Assembly (NCBI GenBank): GCA_031416075.1
Contig: JANOSY010000004.1
Span: 1-34,804, forward strand
DNA from: Candidatus Tenderia sp.
GTDB lineage: Bacteria; Pseudomonadota; Gammaproteobacteria; Tenderiales; Tenderiaceae
Length of the DNA: 34,804 nucleotides
Reading direction: 5' to 3'
Shown here: positions 27,047-34,804 of the stretch, piece by piece
Position numbering within the stretch: the first letter of the stretch is position 1
Layout of the letters: every line of letters starts with the position of its first letter
Program-made: the position numbers and the translations under genes
The notes under the pieces: generated by a model
Seen by the model: the letters and a program-made list of their open reading frames with translations, nothing else
Told to the model about the DNA's origin: nothing
Databases searched by the model: none

Positions 27047-29235
27047 GCAACCACATACGTCGCAGCCATCAACTCCCATCTCACAGCAAACCGTTGATAT
27101 TGCTCACTTCACTCATTATGTTGGCCGTGCCAAGTGTAGGCTACAGCCTGGACATCACCGTCAATAGCAGCGCAGATGCACCACAAATCTCCGGCAATAC
27201 CAGTACCTGTGCTTCCACCATCGCTGACCGTCAATGTACGCTACGTGCCGCCATACAACTGGCCAATACCACCATTGGTGCGGATATCATCACCCTGAAC
27301 TCTGACGTCTTTTTAACGCAAACCGGTACCTTCGAAAATGCCGGTAAAACCGGCGATCTTGATATAAGTGATAGTTTGACCATCATCGGTAATGGCAATA
27401 CACGTACCATCAATGCCAATAAAATCGACCGTGTTCTGCACGTCCAGAATGGTGCCAAGGTTACCCTGAGAAACCTCATCATCACTAACGGTTATACCAA
27501 TATATCCCCCAGCACCGCCGTCCCTAAGGGCCAAATCCCTGGCGGGGCAGGCATTTTGGCCGAGGGATCAAGTGTCCTGACCCTGGAAAGTGTCACCCTG
27601 ACACGCAACGAGCTGATCGGTGACACCAGTTTCATACTCACCGGCGGCGGTATCTACATTGACGCACTGGCCAAAGCCACCATCAAGGACTCACGGCTTG
27701 AGAAAAACTCAGGCCCTGGTGGCGGTGGGATAGCCAATCTTGGCACTATCGATATCCGCAATAGCACCCTGATTGAAAACCGTGGTGGCACCTCTAACGG
27801 CGGGGCCATCCGTAACATGGGTGGTTATCTCAATGTGGGGAACTCCTTCATCACCAACAATACCGCCAACCTGGGGGCGGGGATTGCCAGTACTCAGGTG
27901 GGATTAAATCTGGGAAATGCAATTGTCAGTAATACACTGATCAACCTCAACACTGCCAACCAGTTTGGCGGCGGCATCCACAACGAAAGTACATTGACAC
28001 TGACCAACTCTACCGTCAGTAAAAACAGATCCATTTATGATGGGGGCGGTATCTATAACTCAGCCTTGGGTAACATGGATATCATCAATACCACTATCAG
28101 CAGCAATGAAGGGCGCAGTGGTGGTGGCATATTCAACAGTCGTGGTATCAGTCTCACCAACACCACAATCTATAATAATCGATCTGACCCCTGCCCCAGC
28201 TGTCAGGGGAGCTTTGATGTCAATGCACCCGCTGAAAATGGGGCGGTGGGGGGTAACCAGTTGGCGGTGTTTGGTCGCGATGCCGGTTCCAGCCCCAGCG
28301 TGACTATCGCAAATTCCATTATCGCCGATGGCATTGATAGCAACTCTGCCACCACCGCCTGTTCAGGTACCACCACCCCGGTCAGCTATAAAAACCTGAT
28401 TCGTTCCTCCGGTGGCAACTTGGAAAGTGGTGACAGTTGTGGTTTTATCGCCATCCGAACCGTCGGCACCCCGGATATTGTCAACTCACCCAATCTGGGC
28501 CTCGACAGCGTCCTGGCGGTTGATCCAAAATTCCCAGAGACAATGCCCATACACAAACTGCTCTTTGGCAGTGACGCCATCGACCATGGCAATGGCAGCC
28601 TCTGCCCCCAGGTAGATCAACGTTTTCTGCAAAGAACAGATGGGCGCTGTGATATCGGTGCCTACGAATTTGGCGCATCCATATCCCAGCAGAATAGCTA
28701 TGTCGACCTGAAGCTGGTCATCAGCGACACGGCTGACCCCATCAAGCCCAACGACCCCCTCAGCCCACTGACCTATAAAATTGTATTGACCAATGTCTAT
28801 GTCAACGCCTCCGCCACCGGGGTCATCCTGGAGGTCAAACTACCGCCCCAGTTTGTATTCACCAAGCGCACTACCACCTCCACCACAGCACAACCCGACT
28901 GCGACCCATTCCCTGATGGTCGGGGTATTTTAGAGTGCCGTATGGTCACCCTGCCAGGGTTGGGACAGCTGGAGCTGTTTGTCACTGGCAATGTCACAGG
29001 AGAGTTCACAAAACCGACCACCATCACTGCCGAAGCGGGGGTTAAAAGCACCACACCCGATGCCTTCCTTGGCAACAATCGTGTGACGGAAGATACGGTT
29101 GTCGATGTCAACGCAAGCCCGACCAGCAACTTTGGCGGCTCAGCGCTTTCCGGTGGTGGTGGTGGAACCGTGAACCCATGGTGGTTATTGACACTCAGCG
29201 GTTTACTGTTAGCACGGCGTCAACGTCGCGCCTAA
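27043..29235 (+). CDS. Secreted surface protein: CSLREA-like start, GGxI beta-helix repeats, choice-of-anchor-Q-like region, DUF11-like domain, GlyGly-CTERM anchor
   Basis: Signal peptide, TVNSSAD...CTLRAAI, repeated GGGI/GGAI(Y/H/F)N units, AIDHG..C...DQR......CDIGAYE, DLKLVISDTADP...LTYKIVLTN...NN, and the C-terminus GGGGGTVNPWWLLTLSGLLLARRQRRA. Confidence 0.85.
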   Translation: MSNHIRRSHQLPSHSKPLILLTSLIMLAVPSVGYSLDITVNSSADAPQISGNTSTCASTIADRQCTLRAAIQLANTTIGADIITLNSDVFLTQTGTFENAGKTGDLDISDSLTIIGNGNTRTINANKIDRVLHVQNGAKVTLRNLIITNGYTNISPSTAVPKGQIPGGAGILAEGSSVLTLESVTLTRNELIGDTSFILTGGGIYIDALAKATIKDSRLEKNSGPGGGGIANLGTIDIRNSTLIENRGGTSNGGAIRNMGGYLNVGNSFITNNTANLGAGIASTQVGLNLGNAIVSNTLINLNTANQFGGGIHNESTLTLTNSTVSKNRSIYDGGGIYNSALGNMDIINTTISSNEGRSGGGIFNSRGISLTNTTIYNNRSDPCPSCQGSFDVNAPAENGAVGGNQLAVFGRDAGSSPSVTIANSIIADGIDSNSATTACSGTTTPVSYKNLIRSSGGNLESGDSCGFIAIRTVGTPDIVNSPNLGLDSVLAVDPKFPETMPIHKLLFGSDAIDHGNGSLCPQVDQRFLQRTDGRCDIGAYEFGASISQQNSYVDLKLVISDTADPIKPNDPLSPLTYKIVLTNVYVNASATGVILEVKLPPQFVFTKRTTTSTTAQPDCDPFPDGRGILECRMVTLPGLGQLELFVTGNVTGEFTKPTTITAEAGVKSTTPDAFLGNNRVTEDTVVDVNASPTSNFGGSALSGGGGGTVNPWWLLTLSGLLLARRQRRA

Positions 29236-29238
29236 ATA

Positions 29239-29949
<711 letters not shown>

Positions 29950-30038
29950 CTAAATATAGGGCTGCCGCACATATTCTGTGATTAACGCTTGTATCAACCC
30001 ATCGTCGACCAAAAGCCATCAACTGTAGAGCCACACCT

Positions 30039-31292
30039 TTGGAGAGAATGCAGCAGTTCGGTTCGTTTTTAGTTTTTTTTGCCCAAACCTACTATCAGGG
30101 TCCTTGCCTGCGGAGTGCCGCTGCCCTCTGTTTTACAACTCTGCTATCGTTGGTGCCACTGGCCACAGTCATTTTGATGATCTTCACCGCCTTTCCCTCG
30201 TTTGACTCTTTTTCCATCGATATTCAAAATTTTATTTTCAACAACTTTGTCCCTACCTCTGGCAACGTGGTGCAAGAGAATCTAACCGTACTGATTGCCA
30301 ACTCATCCAACCTCACCGGCATCGGCATCGCCATGCTCATCCTCTCCGCGCTACTGCTAATGGATACAATTGAGGGGACGCTGAATGACATCTGGGACAT
30401 TACCAGCAAACGCAAAGCTGCTCCCCGGTTTATGGTCTACTGGGCAGTACTCACACTCGGGCCATTACTGATTGGCGTCAGCTTGGCGGGCACATCCTAT
30501 CTCGCCGCCCTGCCGTTACTGAACGAAACAGCCATTATCCTTGAAACCAAAAGCAAACTGCTGGGGGTGCTCCCATTTTTTGCAACCACACTCGCTTGCA
30601 CCCTGCTCTACGCCATTGTGCCGAATACCTACGTACCACTACGTAACGCCGTTGTCGGCGCGGTGGTGGCAGCGATCCTCTTTGAGCTGGCAAAAAAAGG
30701 ATTTGCCATGTACATCACCACCTTTCCCACCTACCAGGTGATCTACGGTGCATTGGCTGCTATTCCGATATTCCTAATCTGGATTTATATCTCATGGATG
30801 GTGGTGCTCATCGGTGCCGAGCTGAGCTACTGCATGACTCACTTCAGTTATGCAAAAGCCAATCGTAACCCCCCCACTGCTGGTGAGTCTCTGCTGCATG
30901 ATTTTCGGACCCTTGGGCTGATCTGGCAAGCCCAGCGCAACGGTCACCCCGCCACCATTGAACAGCTGTTGCAAGGTGAAACACTCTTAAATGAGGTCGC
31001 ACTGGATGATTCACTGCTGCGGCTTGAATCTGCTCAGCTCATCCACCATACCGAGGAGAACGTGTGGGCACTATCAAAAAATATGTCGACCCTGACACTC
31101 GCCGACCTTTACCATGCCCAGCATCTGGTGCAACCCGCAATCGACCCTGAATGGCTGGCGGATGATCCGTGGTATCAAGCACTCCATGCAACCGTCAACC
31201 ACACCACCCAGCTCACCACAGCTGCACAAAATACCCCACTGCAAACACTCTATTCCACAACAGCGCAGCAACAATTACCCAATCAAAAATAA
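30039..31292 (+). CDS. yihY: YihY/BrkB family inner-membrane protein with C-terminal winged-helix-like extension
   Basis: AAALCFTTLLSLVP, YWAVLTLGP and YQVIYGALAAIPIFLIWIYISWMVVLIGAE motifs. Divergent from wrbA. Confidence 0.88.
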   Translation: MERMQQFGSFLVFFAQTYYQGPCLRSAAALCFTTLLSLVPLATVILMIFTAFPSFDSFSIDIQNFIFNNFVPTSGNVVQENLTVLIANSSNLTGIGIAMLILSALLLMDTIEGTLNDIWDITSKRKAAPRFMVYWAVLTLGPLLIGVSLAGTSYLAALPLLNETAIILETKSKLLGVLPFFATTLACTLLYAIVPNTYVPLRNAVVGAVVAAILFELAKKGFAMYITTFPTYQVIYGALAAIPIFLIWIYISWMVVLIGAELSYCMTHFSYAKANRNPPTAGESLLHDFRTLGLIWQAQRNGHPATIEQLLQGETLLNEVALDDSLLRLESAQLIHHTEENVWALSKNMSTLTLADLYHAQHLVQPAIDPEWLADDPWYQALHATVNHTTQLTTAAQNTPLQTLYSTTAQQQLPNQK

Positions 31293-31444
31293 GTTAAAAA
31301 CCCGGTATCCCCAACCCCATACGACTCACAAAAAATGCGATGCTTTTGTGATGAATCCACCGCCGCCACCTGAAACAATCTCGCCGTTCGTCCCCGAGAA
31401 AATTCAGGAGCAACTCAAACAAATCCATTCACACCAGTCAGTCA

Positions 31445-32028
31445 AAAACGGATTGCAGGGATAGCGCTGGCGCTGGCGACATTTGCCACAGCTGGCCATG
31501 CCGTACCTCGTACTTACAGGGTCTAACGTCGCGCTGCCGTATCCGCTAACAACGTCTGGGCCGTACATGGCGCGTGGCTAACCTGCCCACTTTAGCAAAC
31601 AGCAGTTTAAACGCCATCACAGTAGTCGCACCCAATGATATCTGGGCTGCCGGTTACAGCGGTACAAGACCATTAACACTACGTTACAACGGCAACACAT
31701 GGAGTGTTGTAGCCAGCCCATCGCCCAACGATACCCGCTTCAGAGACACTACCCGCCAGTACGGGATTAGTGCCAATGCCAGCAACAACATCTGGGCCAC
31801 CGGCACACGGTTACGCAGCTATTCAGGGGCCGGCTATTTTACCCGCCACACCTATTTCACCGAGATACTCCACTGGAATGGCGCTACCTGGCGCATTGTT
31901 GTCAGCCCTGATTCCAGCGCCAATACCAGCCAGTTATTTGGTATTGCCCGGTAACCGCCAATGATGTGTGGACCGTTGGTAATGTGGACTTCACCAATAC
32001 CTTGATTGAGCGCTACACAGCCCCCTAG
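31445..32028 (+). pseudogene. Frameshifted remnant of a secreted repeat (beta-propeller-like, xNDxWAxG / HWNGxxW) protein
   Basis: Pieces occur in different frames: signal peptide KRIAGIALALATFATAGHA; AAVSANNVWAV; TWRVANLP..LNAITVVAPNDIWAAG..YNGNTWSVVASP..HWNGATWRIVVSP..LFGIA; and, after a frameshift, VTANDVWTVG..TLIERYTAP-stop. No ATG precedes the signal peptide. Confidence 0.75.
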
Positions 32029-32178
32029 CGGACCAACCACTCACCCAAACCGGGCCGGACCGGTGCACTACACCGACCCTCATCTGCCACATTCATATCC
32101 ACCATACCAACGCTGCTGTTTCCACGCCCCACCCAATATCGAACCATTCCCTTTCAAATCAGCCATATAAAACTGCAC

Positions 32179-32214
32179 ATGCAAAATATCGTGCAAACAG
32201 ATATAATACGCCGC
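32179..32214 (+). promoter_or_regulatory. Putative sigma-70 promoter of deaD with GC-rich discriminator
   Basis: Perfect TATAAT (32202-32207) followed by ACGCCGC, with a weak -35 (ATGCAA) 17 bp upstream. Confidence 0.4.
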
Positions 32215-32290
32215 TCTGTAATAAGCATTCCCTGTCTTCCCCTGCGTCGGGCCCCTCCGTCGCCCGATTGCCAATAGGTACCCTGTTAAA

Positions 32291-34108
32291 ATGTCTAGTG
32301 ACACCACTGCTCTGCCCAGTTTCCGTGATCTATCGCTGATTGAACCCGTTCTAGCGGCCCTCGATCAAGTGGGTTATGAAACCCCCTCGCCCATCCAGGC
32401 CGAGATCATCCCTTACATCATGCAAGGCCGCGACGTACTCGGCCAGGCCCAGACCGGTACCGGCAAAACCGCCGCCTTTGCCCTGCCGCTGCTATCCCGC
32501 ATCGACCTGAATGTGCCACACCCTCAGGTATTGGTACTGGCCCCCACCCGCGAACTGGCGATTCAGGTGGCCGAGGCGTTCCAACGTTACGCCTCCCACA
32601 TGAAAGGATTCCATGTACTGCCGATCTACGGCGGCCAGGACTACAAAACCCAACTCACCCAGCTCAAGCGTGGTGTACATGTGGTGGTTGGTACCCCCGG
32701 TCGTGTCATGGATCACATGCGCCGTGGCACCCTCAAGCTCGACACCCTCCAGGCATTAGTGCTGGACGAGGCCGATGAGATGCTGCGTATGGGTTTTATC
32801 GATGATGTTGAGTGGGTACTGCAACAGACACCTCCCGGCCGCCAGGTGGCACTCTTCTCCGCCACCATGCCCGACGTGATCCGCCGCATCGCCCAGCAGC
32901 ACCTCAATGATCCAAAAGAGGTCAAGATCAAGGTCAAGACCGCCACGGCCGACACCATCCGTCAGCGCTACTGGGAAGTGAGTGGACTGCACAAGCTCGA
33001 CGCACTGACCCGCATCCTTGAAGCCGAACCCTTTACCGGCATGATCATCTTTGTGCGCACCAAGATCGCCACCGAAGAGATCACCGAAAAGCTGCTCGCC
33101 CGCGGTTATTCTGCCGCCGCCCTCAGTGGCGATGTGCAGCAGAAGCAGCGCGAGCGCACCGTTGAGCAGCTCAAGTCCGGTGCCCTCGACATCGTCGTCG
33201 CCACCGATGTCGCCGCCCGTGGCCTGGATGTTGAGCGCATCAGCCACGTCATCAACTACGACATCCCCTACGATACCGAAGCCTACATCCACCGTATCGG
33301 TCGTACTGGCCGCGCCGGTCGTAAGGGTGATGCCATCCTCTTCATCGCCCCGCGTGAACGACGTATGTTGCAGACCATCGAACGCGCCACCAAACAGAAG
33401 ATAGATTTGATGGAACTGCCTTCCACTGAAGATATTAATGACATCCGGATCGCCCGCTTCAAACAGCGTATCAGCGACACCCTTGCCACCAGCAACAAGG
33501 ATCTGGAGCTATTCCACCAGATCCTCGAAAACTACCAGCAGGAGCACAACATCCCTGTTATCGAAGTGGCTGCCGCCCTTGCCGTGATGTTGCAAGGCAA
33601 AACCCCGCTGCTACTCTCCAAAAAACCGGCTCGTAGTGAACGCCCTGCTGAACGGCCAACAGAGCGCACACGCGCCAGCTTTGACGACAAACCACGCCGT
33701 GACCGCGACAGAAGTGAACCGAAGGGTGAACACAAAAGCGCACACAAACGTAAACCAACACGCCTTGATGAAGGCATGGAACGCTACCGCGTTGAAGTGG
33801 GCCATGAACACAACATCAAACCTGGCAACATCGTCGGTGCCATCGCCAACGAGACCGGTCTCGACAGTGAATTCATAGGCCGCATCGACATACAGGACGA
33901 CCACAGCTTCATTGACCTGCCCAGCAACATGCCGGACGATATACTCCAGATCCTGCAAAAGACCCGTGTCGGCGGGCAGACACTACGTCTCTCACGCCAG
34001 AAAGAGGGTGAGGCCAAGGTGCCGGTGAGATACGTCACCAAAAAAAAACCGGATGACAAATTCAAAGCAGGCTCAAAATCCCGCTTTGCCGGCAAAAAGA
34101 AAGATTAG
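32291..34108 (+). CDS. deaD: DEAD-box RNA helicase DeaD/CsdA
   Basis: Q motif, AQTGTGKT, PTRELA, DEAD, SAT, ARGLD and HRIGRTGRAG motifs, and a C-terminal DbpA-type RNA-binding domain (PGNIVGAIANE). Confidence 0.95.
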   Translation: MSSDTTALPSFRDLSLIEPVLAALDQVGYETPSPIQAEIIPYIMQGRDVLGQAQTGTGKTAAFALPLLSRIDLNVPHPQVLVLAPTRELAIQVAEAFQRYASHMKGFHVLPIYGGQDYKTQLTQLKRGVHVVVGTPGRVMDHMRRGTLKLDTLQALVLDEADEMLRMGFIDDVEWVLQQTPPGRQVALFSATMPDVIRRIAQQHLNDPKEVKIKVKTATADTIRQRYWEVSGLHKLDALTRILEAEPFTGMIIFVRTKIATEEITEKLLARGYSAAALSGDVQQKQRERTVEQLKSGALDIVVATDVAARGLDVERISHVINYDIPYDTEAYIHRIGRTGRAGRKGDAILFIAPRERRMLQTIERATKQKIDLMELPSTEDINDIRIARFKQRISDTLATSNKDLELFHQILENYQQEHNIPVIEVAAALAVMLQGKTPLLLSKKPARSERPAERPTERTRASFDDKPRRDRDRSEPKGEHKSAHKRKPTRLDEGMERYRVEVGHEHNIKPGNIVGAIANETGLDSEFIGRIDIQDDHSFIDLPSNMPDDILQILQKTRVGGQTLRLSRQKEGEAKVPVRYVTKKKPDDKFKAGSKSRFAGKKKD

Positions 34109-34167
34109 TCACACAACCGTGCTGAACCACTCCGGCCTCTGATAGCCGCCGGAAAACGCACAACAAT

Positions 34168-34211
34168 AAGGAACAGATTGCCCCACACGGGAATGATCTG
34201 TTCCTTTTTTT
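34168..34211 (+). terminator. Rho-independent terminator after deaD
   Basis: AAGGAACAGAT...ATCTGTTCCTT inverted repeat followed by a T-tract. Confidence 0.7.
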
Positions 34212-34450
34212 ATGTAGTAATTCAGATCTAAAACCACCCCGCTACAAACTTTAATTCTGACTACCATGAACAACTAATCCATATCTGTTGATAGCCATTT
34301 ATCTGTAGTTATCGACCACCCACATAGTATTTAAGCACTGAAAATATACCTGTATTTTTCCAACGTTGTTTTTAAAACAAATTAGACATACGCTAACGCC
34401 ATCATCAATACAATATCAACAGATGGAATTCACTAATTAAGGAGATCCTA

Positions 34451-34666
34451 ATGCTTCTTGTGAAAAATAAAATTACTGGAACAAACAACTCGACCCTCGT
34501 TAGAAGCAACAACAAAACCGGATCTAGTGATTTTATTTTTGTGCAGCGCATAACCTCTTTATCTCGGAAATCGGGCTTACCTATTTATTCTATACTTGCG
34601 GTTATTTTTATGGCTGCACTAGGCACAAACTCAGCATGGGCGATTCCGGTATTGTCCTTTGACCTA
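34451..34666 (+). pseudogene. 5' end of an exported-protein gene truncated just after its signal peptide
   Basis: Strong TAAGGAGA RBS, then a hydrophobic segment ending SAWA-IP. The frame enters the putative IS end at CTAG and stops at 34684. Confidence 0.55.
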
Positions 34667-34804
34667 GTGTACTGTAACAAATAATGTGATCATATATAAT
34701 AGCGCTACTCCTTCCTTATTTTCTGGTGCGCTGACTATGCCTGTCCCCGTTGCTATCTCACTCACAGAAGAAGAACGCCAAGAATTTCATCGCTGTTGTC
34801 GTAG
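34667..34804 (+). mobile_element. Probable left end of an IS630-family element, with the transposase N-terminus from ATG 34737 running off the window
   Basis: After the TA dinucleotide (34665-34666), GTGTACTGTAACAAATAA begins. The ORF MPVPVAISLTEEERQEFHRCCR is open to the window end and resembles the 'LTEEER.EL' N-termini of IS630 transposases. Confidence 0.6.

Noticed and set aside
31114-31464. 116-aa ORF overlapping the end of yihY
   Set aside because: Alternative-frame overlap, Pro/His-rich, with no recognisable domain.
32756-34095. Several minus-strand ORFs opposite deaD
   Set aside because: Antisense shadows caused by codon bias.

Overview
Chromosomal segment of a non-enteric gammaproteobacterium. 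Both ends appear to lie inside insertion sequences that interrupt a gene: an IS5-like end at the left cuts a CNNM/CorC (yfjD-like) gene, and an IS630-like start at the right cuts a secreted-protein gene. The backbone is conserved: nadB divergent from rpoE-rseA-rseB-rseC-mucD/degP-lepA-lepB-DUF4845-rnc-era, then clpB, an FMN glutamate-synthase-like gene, wrbA/yihY and deaD. The most interesting element is a complete, AT-richer wspABCDEFR cluster lying where recO-pdxJ usually follow era. It differs from the Pseudomonas Wsp system in four ways. The WspA-type receptor has a periplasmic CxxCH (heme c) sensor domain, it has three HAMP domains, the WspE kinase has two tandem HPt domains, and a close match to a sigma-28 promoter precedes the operon. 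Together these suggest a redox/gas-sensing, flagellar-regulon-linked c-di-GMP switch (inference). The window also holds a GlyGly-CTERM surface protein and a frameshifted beta-propeller-like repeat pseudogene. All calls rest on reading motifs by eye; no database searches were run.
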